A stretch of 62,426 nt of DNA, filler included, from Nitrospirae bacterium CG2_30_53_67 (GTDB lineage Bacteria; CG2-30-53-67): the NCBI GenBank assembly GCA_001873285.1. It is 7 parts of 7 records of this genome, joined end to end, with 100 filler letters (N's around TTAATTAATTAA, not from the genome) between each part and the next. Parts side by side here need not be neighbours in the genome. Positions count along the whole stretch, not along the records: positions 7,157 to 25,329 come from MNYV01000082.1; 6 more parts are not named here. One strand, written 5' to 3'. Shown here piece after piece: positions 10,380 to 19,928 of this stretch. How positions within the stretch are numbered: the first letter of the stretch is position 1; the number at the start of each line of letters is the position of its first letter. Made by a program: the position numbers and the translations under genes. The notes beneath the pieces were generated by a model, which saw only the letters and a list, made by a program, of their open reading frames with translations, was not told where the DNA came from and searched no databases.

Positions 10380-11741
10380 TCAGCCGTCTTTTCTCCCGAA
10401 CTCCATTACAGGCTTCTTCATTTCCAGGATCTTTAATGCCTTTAGCAGGGCCACGGCCTCCTGAAGCTGATAGTCGGTCTCTTCAGTCTTCTTCTCTTCC
10501 TGAATCCCTGTCTTATCCTGATCCTGTTCAGGTTTCTTTACCGGTTCCGGTTCCACATCCTCCGGGGCATTGTCCAGATCGGGATTCATCAGGTGGCGCT
10601 CCAGATCCGACTCCTTGATCATATGGCCATCCTGCTCTCCGGGTTTGATAATGACCCGGTCTTCAACAACCACATCAGGCGTTATCCCCACATTCTGGAT
10701 GGACTTATCCCTCGGTGTATAATATTTTGCCGTGGTCAGGCGCAGTCCGGAGCCGTCGCTCAAGGGGATCACGGTCTGTACCGACCCCTTTCCGAAGGTC
10801 TGTGTCCCCATAATAACGGCCCGGCCCCAATCCTGAAGGGCTCCGGCCACAATTTCACTGGCGCTCGCACTCCCTCCGTTGACCAGGACGACCATGGGAA
10901 CCTTCGGAAAATCGTTACCCTCCCTGATTTTGTAATCATGCCTTTCTTCGGTGCGGCCCTGGGTGTAAACGACCAGGGTCCCCTTGGGCAGGAATTTCCC
11001 GCAGACTTCAACCGCCTGATCCAGCAGTCCGCCGGGGTTATTGCGGAGATCCAGAATCATGGAACTGATCTTGCCCTCCTTGGTCAATTGTTTCAGCGCG
11101 TTTTCGAGCTCCTTCCCGCTATCCTGCTGAAATTGGGTGAGATGAAGATACCCGATCTCGTTGTCAATCATCTTAGATTTGATGCTCTTGACATTAATGA
11201 TTGCCCGTGTGATTTCAAATTTCTTCGGCTTTTTAAATTCCCTGCGCATGATGGTCAGGGTCACCTTGGAGCCGGGCTCTCCGCGCATCATCTTGACCGC
11301 GTCCATCAGGCTCATGTCCTTGGTGGACTTGTCGTCCACGCTCAGAATCACATCGCCGGCCTTGAGGCCCGCCTTGTATCCTGGTGTGTCCTCTATAGGG
11401 GCGATAATGGTCAGCTCCTTGTCTTTGACCGCAATCTGGATCCCGATCCCGCCGAACTTCCCCTGCGTATCGACCTGGAGTTCCTTGTAGGTATCCGCAT
11501 CCATGAAAGCGGAATGGGGATCCAGGGAGTTGACCATGCCGTTGATGGCGCCGTAGATCAATTTTTTGGTATCCACATCTTCCACGTAGTTCTGCTGGAG
11601 AAGATGCAGAACTTCAGAGAAGATGTTGAGCTGCTCATAGGTCTCTGCGGTTGCCTGAACCCTCTTTCCCCTGACAACCCCTACAAAAACAAGGATCATT
11701 ATAAAAAGTATCCCTGTAATCAAAAATGGCCGCTTCCTCAT
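10380..11741 (-). CDS. S41 carboxyl-terminal processing protease (CtpA-like)
   Basis: LDPHS, PDZ domain, DLRNNPGGLL, SASASEIVAGALQD, TFGKGSVQ. Confidence 0.95.
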   Translation of the reverse strand: MRKRPFLITGILFIMILVFVGVVRGKRVQATAETYEQLNIFSEVLHLLQQNYVEDVDTKKLIYGAINGMVNSLDPHSAFMDADTYKELQVDTQGKFGGIGIQIAVKDKELTIIAPIEDTPGYKAGLKAGDVILSVDDKSTKDMSLMDAVKMMRGEPGSKVTLTIMRREFKKPKKFEITRAIINVKSIKSKMIDNEIGYLHLTQFQQDSGKELENALKQLTKEGKISSMILDLRNNPGGLLDQAVEVCGKFLPKGTLVVYTQGRTEERHDYKIREGNDFPKVPMVVLVNGGSASASEIVAGALQDWGRAVIMGTQTFGKGSVQTVIPLSDGSGLRLTTAKYYTPRDKSIQNVGITPDVVVEDRVIIKPGEQDGHMIKESDLERHLMNPDLDNAPEDVEPEPVKKPEQDQDKTGIQEEKKTEETDYQLQEAVALLKALKILEMKKPVMEFGRKDG

Positions 11742-11758
11742 GTTTTAAACCTCCGTGA

Positions 11759-12940
11759 TTATGGATGTGCAAGCCAGACCATGGGATCCTGAGGCTCTCC
11801 GTGGTATCGAATCTCAAAATACAGGGCAGGCCCTTTCAGGGAGCCTGTATCCCCGACTTTTCCTATCTTCTGTCCCTCCTGAACCCTCTCTTTGACCGAG
11901 ACCATGACCTGAGAAAGATGGGCATAAAGACTATAATACCCATCGCCGTGATCCAGAATAACCATCTGCCCGTACCCCTTGAACCAGTCGGCGAAAAGGA
12001 CATTCCCGCCATAGACCGCTTTGACATCGGTCCCTTGACCGGCTCCAATTTCTATCCCCTTGGAGAAGATCACTGTACTTTCGTTCTCATTCTTCTGCCT
12101 GCCGAAACTCGTCACCACTTCCCCATGGACAGGCCAGGAGAATTTCCCCTTGAACTTCTCAAAATCACCAAAAAAAGACTTTTTCTTCTTGATGAGCGCG
12201 TCAACCGTCTCCTGAAGAGACTTGGCCGATTGTTCCAATTCCTGTAAAAGCTCCTGCTGCGCTGTTTTTTCTTCCCGTAATTTTTTAAGCAGGAGACTCC
12301 GCTCTTCCCGCTTGGCCAGGATCTCCAGGTTCTTCCCTTTGAACGCGTCCTGCAAGGACCGAATCTTATCTTCCCGGTCCGTCAGTTCCTGCTGTTTTAT
12401 GCTGAGTTCTTCATAGACCTTTTTATAGCTCCCGATCGTCTCCCTGTCCTTTTGTGCCATGAGCTGCAGATAACGATATCGCTTCAAGAGTTCTGAATAA
12501 CTTTCGGCGGAGAAGAGGGCTTTAACGTAAGAGTATCCTCCGTATTTATAAATCTGCACCACTTTGAACGAAAGATACGACTGGAATCTTCCCATATCCG
12601 ACTTGAGACCCTCGACTTCTCCTTTAATCTGTTCCTTACTTTTTTGGATCTTTTTCAGGTGCAGGTCATACGACTCGAGCTGCTCTTCCTTCAGGGCAAG
12701 CTTCTGATCCATGTCCTGGAGCTGAGACAGGAGGCCCTTTTCTTTCCTCTCGAAGTCACGAAGGATCTCCTTTTCCCGGTCTATATTTTTTTGAAGTTCC
12801 TGGAGTGAATCCTTCTGAACTTTGATCTGTTTTTCGATCTCCTTTTGCGGCGCCGCCTGTGCCGCGCCAGGCAGGAGACAAAGTATCACAGGTAAGGTCC
12901 AAAACGCAAAGGCGGAGCATATTCGTTTCAAACCCGGCAT
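11759..12940 (-). CDS. envC: Murein hydrolase activator EnvC (coiled coil plus degenerate M23 domain)
   Basis: Signal peptide, long coiled coil, WPVHG...YGQMVILDHG...LYFEIR; downstream of ftsEX. Confidence 0.85.
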   Translation of the reverse strand: MPGLKRICSAFAFWTLPVILCLLPGAAQAAPQKEIEKQIKVQKDSLQELQKNIDREKEILRDFERKEKGLLSQLQDMDQKLALKEEQLESYDLHLKKIQKSKEQIKGEVEGLKSDMGRFQSYLSFKVVQIYKYGGYSYVKALFSAESYSELLKRYRYLQLMAQKDRETIGSYKKVYEELSIKQQELTDREDKIRSLQDAFKGKNLEILAKREERSLLLKKLREEKTAQQELLQELEQSAKSLQETVDALIKKKKSFFGDFEKFKGKFSWPVHGEVVTSFGRQKNENESTVIFSKGIEIGAGQGTDVKAVYGGNVLFADWFKGYGQMVILDHGDGYYSLYAHLSQVMVSVKERVQEGQKIGKVGDTGSLKGPALYFEIRYHGEPQDPMVWLAHP

Positions 12941-12949
12941 CCCTTCTCA

Positions 12950-13870
12950 CTATATTTTCAAGAAACGTCCCAGTGATATCAGGCTTCCAAAAAAACCCAG
13001 AAACATCCCGCCCAGTATGATCCAGAGGATCATGGATACCGGCAGAAATGAGACGGTCATGTCCTGCAGGAAGAACATCCCGGCGCTCTGCCTCAACCGG
13101 GGGATCCAGAAGTAGTAAATTCCCAAAAGGAGAAGGAGAGAAAACAACGACCCGAGCAGCCCCTGCAGAAGCCCTTCCATCAGAAAGGGCCCTTTGATAA
13201 AACCGTTTGTCGCTCCGATCAGTCTCATGACGGCCAGTTCATCCCTCCTTGCATAAACGGTCAGACGGACCGTATTGGCAATGATAAAAATAATGGCCAC
13301 CCCCAATAAGCCGCCCAAAATAAACCCCAGGAGGCGGAGGATATTCATAAAGGTCAGCAGGCCTCTGGTCCATTCCTGACCGTATTGGACCTCCTGAAGC
13401 TCTGAGATATTTCTGATTTTTTCCACCAGATGGTCAACGGCTTCCCGGTTCTGTGCAGCCTTGGAGAGCTTGATCTCAAAAGAGGCGGGCAGAGGGTTCT
13501 CATCCAGCCCTCCCAGCAGATAAACCGCATCTTCATGATCGGACTGTAACCTTTTCAGGGCCTCTTCTTTGGAAACATATTCAACTTTTGAAACCTCCGG
13601 ATTCTCCCAAAGAATTTTTTTCATATCATCCAACCGGCCTGAAGACGTCCCATCCTTGATATACGCGGTAATCTCCACCTGCTGAACCCAGCCGGATGTA
13701 ATGTGATTCACATTGGAATAGACGATCAGGAAGGCCCCGAAGATCAGGAGCGCGAAGCCGATCGTGACGACGGCCACTACGCTGATGAATTTATTCCGGC
13801 GTACGCTTTTTAACCCCTCGTCAACAAAATAGGTCAGATCCGCTAAGAACATGACTGGCGATCCCTTCAA
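12950..13870 (-). CDS. ftsX: Cell division permease FtsX (start may be 13852)
   Basis: 4 TM; ENPLPAS, NTVRLTVYARRDELAVMRLIGAT..FIKGPF. Confidence 0.93.
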   Translation of the reverse strand: MKGSPVMFLADLTYFVDEGLKSVRRNKFISVVAVVTIGFALLIFGAFLIVYSNVNHITSGWVQQVEITAYIKDGTSSGRLDDMKKILWENPEVSKVEYVSKEEALKRLQSDHEDAVYLLGGLDENPLPASFEIKLSKAAQNREAVDHLVEKIRNISELQEVQYGQEWTRGLLTFMNILRLLGFILGGLLGVAIIFIIANTVRLTVYARRDELAVMRLIGATNGFIKGPFLMEGLLQGLLGSLFSLLLLLGIYYFWIPRLRQSAGMFFLQDMTVSFLPVSMILWIILGGMFLGFFGSLISLGRFLKI

Positions 13871-14598
13871 ATTGGCAAGTACGGATGAACCTGACTTTTT
13901 TCCTTTTCATGTTCATCAAGATTCATCTCCGTAACCGGATGGGTATCTGAAATACATCTCCCGCTCTGCAGCCGGATGACCCGTTTATTCATCCTTTCCA
14001 CCATATCCGTGTTGTGCGTCGCCATAACGATGGTCGTCCCTCGGTTATGGATTTCCTTGAGCAGGTCCATGATCTCCGCCGCCACGGCTGCATCCAAATT
14101 ACCGGTCGGCTCATCCGCCAGGAGAATGACCGGATCATTCACCACGGCCCTGGCTACGGCCACCCGCTGCTGTTCTCCTCCGGAGAGATGAAGCGGGTAG
14201 CTGTTCATCTTGTGCTGAAGACCCACACGCCTGAGCACGTCCCAGGCTCTTCGCTTGATCTCATATTTCGGCGTTCCGACGACACGCAGGACAAAGGCAA
14301 TATTGTCATACACGGTCTTGGAACGGATCAGCTTGAAATCCTGAAAGACAACCCCGATGTTCCGCCTGAGATAGGGGATGCTTCCATTTCGAAGGCGCGA
14401 TAGGTTCCGCCCATTCACCAGAATCTGGCCTTGATCCGCGCGCTCTTCGCAATAGATGAGCTTCAGAAGCGTGGTTTTCCCCGCCCCGCTCGGCCCGGTA
14501 AAAAATACAAACTCCCCTTTTCTGATACGAAGGGTGATGCCCTTCAGGGCGCTGAAATTTTTATCGTATTGCTTATCAACATCAAACATCTGGATCAT
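13867..14598 (-). CDS. ftsE: Cell division ATP-binding protein FtsE
   Basis: [39 protein letters not shown]. Confidence 0.96.
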   Translation of the reverse strand: MIQMFDVDKQYDKNFSALKGITLRIRKGEFVFFTGPSGAGKTTLLKLIYCEERADQGQILVNGRNLSRLRNGSIPYLRRNIGVVFQDFKLIRSKTVYDNIAFVLRVVGTPKYEIKRRAWDVLRRVGLQHKMNSYPLHLSGGEQQRVAVARAVVNDPVILLADEPTGNLDAAVAAEIMDLLKEIHNRGTTIVMATHNTDMVERMNKRVIRLQSGRCISDTHPVTEMNLDEHEKEKSQVHPYLPI

Positions 14599-14675
14599 GG
14601 GAAGACAACCTCAATGCTGCGGTTCACCTTAACCAAGTCTTTTCCATTTTCGGAAGCAGCTTTATGGCGGCGGAA

Positions 14676-15026
14676 CTATTCGTCGTCATTCGACAGATAA
14701 TCGAGAATGACCTCATCTAAGCTCTTCCCCGCTTTAGATACTACGGCGGCCGGAGGGGGCGGTTTCTCTTTCCCTTTTTCATGAAACTTTCCGGCCTTCA
14801 GATCCTTGATCATCTGTTTGTGCTGCTCCTTCATCAGTTCACGTACGGCGCTGTCCAGACAGTCTGCCTTTAAGATATCCGCATAACTGACCTTCCTTGA
14901 GCAGAGAATCTTCCCGGCCTTATATAAAAGCGTTACAATAACCGGGTTCTTCACTCCGTTATCTTCGGTTTGAACGTGAAAATTTTCACCCTTATAGACA
15001 AAATCCGTATTATAGCCTGTCAACAT
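14676..15026 (-). CDS. Conserved hypothetical protein (GYNTD...FHVQTED family)
   Basis: MLTGYNTDFVYKGENFHVQTED...KSLDEVILDYL resembles a small uncharacterised family of delta-like bacteria. Confidence 0.7.
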   Translation of the reverse strand: MLTGYNTDFVYKGENFHVQTEDNGVKNPVIVTLLYKAGKILCSRKVSYADILKADCLDSAVRELMKEQHKQMIKDLKAGKFHEKGKEKPPPPAAVVSKAGKSLDEVILDYLSNDDE

Positions 15027-15222
15027 AAAGAGCCAACCCATATCTTGACCGGGGGAAACCCATATCCCTTTTCTTCTCAAAAATATAGCACAGTTAACTC
15101 AGCCGTTTCAAGACCTAATATCGGCCTCATTTCTTGACGGGAGCCCTTTACTGTGATAAAGAATGGCCAATCAACCGATTTCTTAGAAATCCCCATGTGG
15201 ATTTGACTGGCAGGCAACGAAC

Positions 15223-15732
15223 ATGTCCAGGCTTTTGATCGACGGATATAACCTTTTGTATACAGCATCCTCTGCCGCGCTGAAATCCGAACAAGAGGTC
15301 GAAGATCTGATAGAGAGGCTCCGAAGGTACAAAAGGCAGAAAGCCCACACCATCACGGTGATTTTCGACGGCTATGAGCGGGGCATGCCCATCGAACGCA
15401 AGGCGCAAATCAAGGGGATCGGTGTGGTCTATTCCAGGCTTGGAGAGAAGGCGGATCAGGTGATCGAACGGCTGGTTGAACAATGCGGAGGATCCTGCAT
15501 GGTGGTCACATCCGACAGGGCGCTCTCCGATTCGGTAGAAACCCATGGGGCGGTGGTTATGGACTCTGAAGCGTTCATAGAGCGCCTGAACATAGCGGAA
15601 TATTCCGAGTTCAAAGGCGCTTTCGAAGCAGATGAATCCGAAAAGACTCCCATCCATACCAAAAAAAAAGGAAATCCAAAGAAAAAATCAAAAAAAGAAC
15701 GGGAGCGGATCAGAAAACTCAATAAATTATAA
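15223..15732 (+). CDS. NYN-domain ribonuclease-like protein (YacP/Rae1-like)
   Basis: LLIDGYNL, VIFDG, ADQVIERL, VVTSD motifs; basic C-terminal tail. Confidence 0.85.
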   Translation: MSRLLIDGYNLLYTASSAALKSEQEVEDLIERLRRYKRQKAHTITVIFDGYERGMPIERKAQIKGIGVVYSRLGEKADQVIERLVEQCGGSCMVVTSDRALSDSVETHGAVVMDSEAFIERLNIAEYSEFKGAFEADESEKTPIHTKKKGNPKKKSKKERERIRKLNKL

Positions 15733-15747
15733 CGGAAATCATAAAGG

Positions 15748-16704
15748 ATGATGATGCCCAGAGAGACGACAATCCTTACGCCGGTCAAGGCAAAGGGTAA
15801 CAGGATCGACCTCTTTCTTGCCAAATCCAGACCTGAATTAGGTCTTTCCCGTACTCGGATTCAGGAGTTGATCCGGCAAGGTCTCATCACGATCGACGGG
15901 AAACCGGTCAAGATCCACCAAAAAATCTCAGGGGAGGAAACCGTACAGATTACGATCCCGGAAATCCGCCCGCTCAATCTGCTCCCATCGGACATCCCCT
16001 TCGGCATCCTCTATGAAGATGCCGACCTGATTGTGCTGAATAAACCCTCGGGGATGGTGGTTCACCCGGCCCCAGGCAACAGGGAAGGGACACTCGTCAA
16101 CGCCCTGCTCTATCACTGCAAGGACCTCTCAGGAATCGGGGGCGTGGAACGTCCCGGCATCGTGCACCGCTTGGACAAGGATACCTCGGGCGTGATGGTC
16201 GCAGTAAAAAACGATCGGACACACCATGCTCTTGCGGCGCAGATTAAAGCCCGGAAGATTAAGAAGATCTATGCGGCCGTGGTCCAGGGGGAAATAAAAA
16301 AGGACTCTGACTCCATCGTGGCTCCGATCGGCAGGCATGACCGGTTTCGGAAAAAAATGACGGTCCGTTTGATAAAAGGAAGAGAGGCCATCACCTTTTA
16401 TCAGGTTGAGGAGCGATTTGAAGGATATACACTCGTCCAGGTCCGGTTGAAAACCGGAAGAACCCACCAGATTCGTGTGCATTTTTCTCATGTTCACCAT
16501 CCGGTTGCCGGTGATCCGGTTTATGGAGGGAAACATTTCCAGAAGATCCACCATCATGGAAGGGAGATGGCCGTCAAACGGCAGATGCTCCATTCCCGTC
16601 TGCTGGGCTTCATTCATCCCGGAACTGGAAAATATATGGAGTTCGAAGCGGAGATCCCGCCGGATATGCAGGAGGTTATCGGCTTTCTCAGGGGCCGGGC
16701 ATAA
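15748..16704 (+). CDS. RluA-family pseudouridine synthase (RluD-like)
   Basis: S4 domain, NKPSGMVVHP, HRLDKDTSG, TGRTHQIRVH. Confidence 0.93.
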   Translation: MMMPRETTILTPVKAKGNRIDLFLAKSRPELGLSRTRIQELIRQGLITIDGKPVKIHQKISGEETVQITIPEIRPLNLLPSDIPFGILYEDADLIVLNKPSGMVVHPAPGNREGTLVNALLYHCKDLSGIGGVERPGIVHRLDKDTSGVMVAVKNDRTHHALAAQIKARKIKKIYAAVVQGEIKKDSDSIVAPIGRHDRFRKKMTVRLIKGREAITFYQVEERFEGYTLVQVRLKTGRTHQIRVHFSHVHHPVAGDPVYGGKHFQKIHHHGREMAVKRQMLHSRLLGFIHPGTGKYMEFEAEIPPDMQEVIGFLRGRA

Positions 16705-16740
16705 GCTGCAAGGGCAGGTACAATTTATTGTTTTTGCTAT

Positions 16741-16851
16741 AGTGGAAAAGAAGGGGGCAAGGGGTCCAGTGTTTTTCTTTGAAGATTTTGCTTGTGTTTC
16801 AGTATTTCACTTGAATCCTTGACCCCTGGAATCCTTGACCCCTGGAATCCT
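16741..16851 (+). repeat. Repeat element A, partial copy
   Basis: The block gaagattttgcttgtgtttcagtatttcacttgaatccttgacccctggaatcc closely matches the copies at 6977-7030 and (reversed) 28365-28418. Confidence 0.75.
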
Positions 16852-16879
16852 ATACTCTTGAAAAAGGAGGCATGCTTTT

Positions 16880-18559
16880 TTGGCGCACAAGAAAAAAATA
16901 CAAGGAAACACCCTCGGGTTAAAACCGAGCCAGATCCAGGCACTGGACAGGATTTACCGGAGGAGAATCCCGCCGGACCGGGTGATCACAGAAGAACTTG
17001 CCCGGTACCTCACGGAACTCTCTTATGAGATCGGAAGACAGATCGGCGTCCTCACGGACCGCAAAGGGAACATCCTGACCGCGGTGGTCGGCGACCGGCG
17101 AGGGATCCTGATTCCGGATCTCTCATCCTATCGCGTCTCGATCACCCGGCTGTGCGGTCTTAGGCTGATTCATACCCATCTCGGAAGCGAGCCCTTGACC
17201 AAGGATGATCTGACCGATCTCTCTCTGCTGCGTTTAGATCTGATCGCAGCGATTACGGTCGGAGAACGGGGACTCCCGGGTCTTGTCCATATGGCCCATC
17301 TTGCGCCCCGCAAAAATCATGGCGACCCCTGGAAGGTCTTACCCCCCCTTTTGGTTCATCAGATTCCCATCCGGTTTTCAGACTGGATCCAGGATCTGGA
17401 AAGCGAGATCACCAGATCTCAAACCGCAGCCGGAACCCAAAACCGGAAAGACCGGGCCATTCTGATCCGGATCACCACCGGCAGATATGCCGACGCACAG
17501 GATTCCATCGAAGAACTCAAGGAGCTGGCCCGTACGGACGGGATTCATGTATTGGACACTGTCATACAACAGCTTCCAAAGGTCCATCCCAAATTCGTGA
17601 TGGGAGAAGGGAAGATCAAGGAGATCATCATCTCAGCCAAACAATCCGGTGCGGACCTGATCGCCTTTGATCAGGAATTGACCCCGGGCCAGGCCCGCTC
17701 CATCGCCGATCTGACCGATATGCGCGTCATTGACCGTACCCAGTTGATTCTGGATATATTCGCCCAGCACGCCAAGACCCGAGAAGGAAAGGTTCAGGTG
17801 GAGCTGGCACAACTGCATTACCTCCTCCCCCGTCTGACCGAGAGAGACTCGGGCCTTTCAAGATTGACCGGCGGCATCGGAGGCAGAGGGCCCGGAGAAA
17901 CCAAACTCGAGATCAGCCGGCGGCGTACCAGGGAACGTATCCAGCGGCTTGAAAAGGAATTAAAACAGATCAACCTTGCGAGAATGCAGCGCAGGGCAAG
18001 CAGGATCCGCAAAGAGATCCCGATCATCTCCATCGTCGGATATACCAATGCCGGCAAGTCTACCCTGCTGAATGCCCTGACTCAAAGTTCGGTCCTGGTG
18101 GAAGACAAACTTTTTGCCACCTTGGATACCGCCGCCAGGCGGCTTCGATTTCCACGTGAACGGGATGTGATCATGACGGATACCGTGGGTTTTATCCGTG
18201 ACCTGCCTGAAGACCTTTTTGGAGCCTTCAAGGCCACGCTGGATGAACTCCATGATGCCGACCTCCTTCTCCATGTTGTGGATCTGCCAAACCCGCACTT
18301 TGAGGACCATATCCGGGCCGTGGAAAAAATCCTATCAGATCTCAATCTCCTTTCCGTTCCAAGCCTTTTGATTTTCAACAAGATCGACCTCATGGATAAG
18401 AGACTGGCGGCAAATCTCTGCAGGCGCTACAACGCCATCCCGGTCTCTGCAGCATTGAAGGAAGGATTGACCGAGGTTACGAAGAGAATAGAGAAAACCA
18501 TCTGGGGGAAAGCTCATATGAGGAGAGCCGTGAAACCCGGGGGAAAAACAGCTTTATAA
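16880..18559 (+). CDS. hflX: GTPase HflX (long N-terminal form)
   Basis: DRTQLILDIFAQHA, GGRGPGETKLE, GYTNAGKST, FATLD, DTVGFI. Confidence 0.95.
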   Translation: MAHKKKIQGNTLGLKPSQIQALDRIYRRRIPPDRVITEELARYLTELSYEIGRQIGVLTDRKGNILTAVVGDRRGILIPDLSSYRVSITRLCGLRLIHTHLGSEPLTKDDLTDLSLLRLDLIAAITVGERGLPGLVHMAHLAPRKNHGDPWKVLPPLLVHQIPIRFSDWIQDLESEITRSQTAAGTQNRKDRAILIRITTGRYADAQDSIEELKELARTDGIHVLDTVIQQLPKVHPKFVMGEGKIKEIIISAKQSGADLIAFDQELTPGQARSIADLTDMRVIDRTQLILDIFAQHAKTREGKVQVELAQLHYLLPRLTERDSGLSRLTGGIGGRGPGETKLEISRRRTRERIQRLEKELKQINLARMQRRASRIRKEIPIISIVGYTNAGKSTLLNALTQSSVLVEDKLFATLDTAARRLRFPRERDVIMTDTVGFIRDLPEDLFGAFKATLDELHDADLLLHVVDLPNPHFEDHIRAVEKILSDLNLLSVPSLLIFNKIDLMDKRLAANLCRRYNAIPVSAALKEGLTEVTKRIEKTIWGKAHMRRAVKPGGKTAL

Positions 18560-18608
18560 CCCTATAGCGAGACACGATGGAACTCGCTGAAATTTAAAAA
18601 GGAGTAAC

Positions 18609-19871
18609 ATGTCTTTTTTCAAATCCCTGTTCGGACGAGATGCAGAAACCTATAAGAAAAGGGGAGAGGCCTATATGTCATCCGGCCGATGGGGAGAGGC
18701 GCGCCTGGAACTGGATAACGCCCTCCGGCAATTGAAGGATCCAAAGGACCTTAGAAGACAGGAAATCGAGAAAAAAATCGAAGAGGCCACCTGCCGTCTG
18801 GCACGGTCCCATGAAGAGGAAGGGGATCATCTCCGGGACTCCGGACTCCTTAAGGAGGCTTTCGAACATTACGAACTGGCCTTGTCACTTTTTGAAAAGC
18901 AAGAAGACCTGCAGAGGGTGGAAAAAAAATTGGCTGCTGACCTCGCTTCATCCTCGTCTTCGCCTTCAAGATTTTTCTTGGATGAACACCTTGCCGGTCC
19001 CCAGCCTTCTCACCCTCAAACACCGGCGCACATCGAGGGAAACCCTCTGGAGTATTTCGAAGTTCTTGTGAATACTCTAAATTCCGATATCGCAGAAGAA
19101 TACCGCGCCCTGGGAGAAGATTTCGCTTTGGCTTATGTCTACGCCAACCATGGAGATTTTAAGACAGCCATTGAATATTATGAAAAGGCATTCATGAAAC
19201 ATCCTGAGCAGAGGGTGTTACTCAAAGAGATGGGGAGAGCTTTTCTTTTTCAGGGGGAGATCCCATCGGCTCTCAATAAACTGGCCTCGGCCCGAAACCA
19301 TCTCCCGGACGATCTGGATTTGTCTTATCTTCTCGCCTCGGCCTATACTGAAGATCATCATTTAGAAGCGGCCATGGCCATCCTCCAGGAAGTTCAAAAA
19401 AAACATCCCGAAGAGATCGAAGCATTTCTGATGATGGGCGACCTCTATGTCAAAGGCGGCGAAACGGCGAAAGCCGGAGAGGTCTACCATGAGGCCTTGA
19501 AGGTCGCGCCTGAATCTTACGAAGCCCATAGCCGGCTTGGGGCTTTGGCGCTTTCACAGGGAGACAAATCTCTTGCCATGACGCACTATGCTGAAGCTGT
19601 GGAACACGGAAGCCATGTTCAGGATATGGTCATTCTATCCGACCTCTACCTTCAAGAGGCGGGAGATTTAGACAGCGCCCTCGGATTATTGAATAAGGCC
19701 CTCTATTACGACTCGCAGAGACGCTGGTTCTACCTGGTGCGGATTGGAGAAGTCTATCTAAAAAAGGGCTGGAATGACAAAGCACGAGAGGTCCTTGAGC
19801 AGGCCCGAGATCTGGTCCCCCAGGACCAGAAGGAGGTTTTGCAGAAGATCAACGCTTTCTTGGAGACATGA
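18609..19871 (+). CDS. Tetratricopeptide-repeat protein
   Basis: Repeated helical TPR-like motifs (AIEYYEKA, AGEVYHEAL); GGAG RBS. Confidence 0.8.
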   Translation: MSFFKSLFGRDAETYKKRGEAYMSSGRWGEARLELDNALRQLKDPKDLRRQEIEKKIEEATCRLARSHEEEGDHLRDSGLLKEAFEHYELALSLFEKQEDLQRVEKKLAADLASSSSSPSRFFLDEHLAGPQPSHPQTPAHIEGNPLEYFEVLVNTLNSDIAEEYRALGEDFALAYVYANHGDFKTAIEYYEKAFMKHPEQRVLLKEMGRAFLFQGEIPSALNKLASARNHLPDDLDLSYLLASAYTEDHHLEAAMAILQEVQKKHPEEIEAFLMMGDLYVKGGETAKAGEVYHEALKVAPESYEAHSRLGALALSQGDKSLAMTHYAEAVEHGSHVQDMVILSDLYLQEAGDLDSALGLLNKALYYDSQRRWFYLVRIGEVYLKKGWNDKAREVLEQARDLVPQDQKEVLQKINAFLET

Positions 19872-19928
19872 GACAAAAAAACCGATGGAGCACCCTTCCG
19901 GTACTTCTTAACCGCGTTGCGGCTCCTT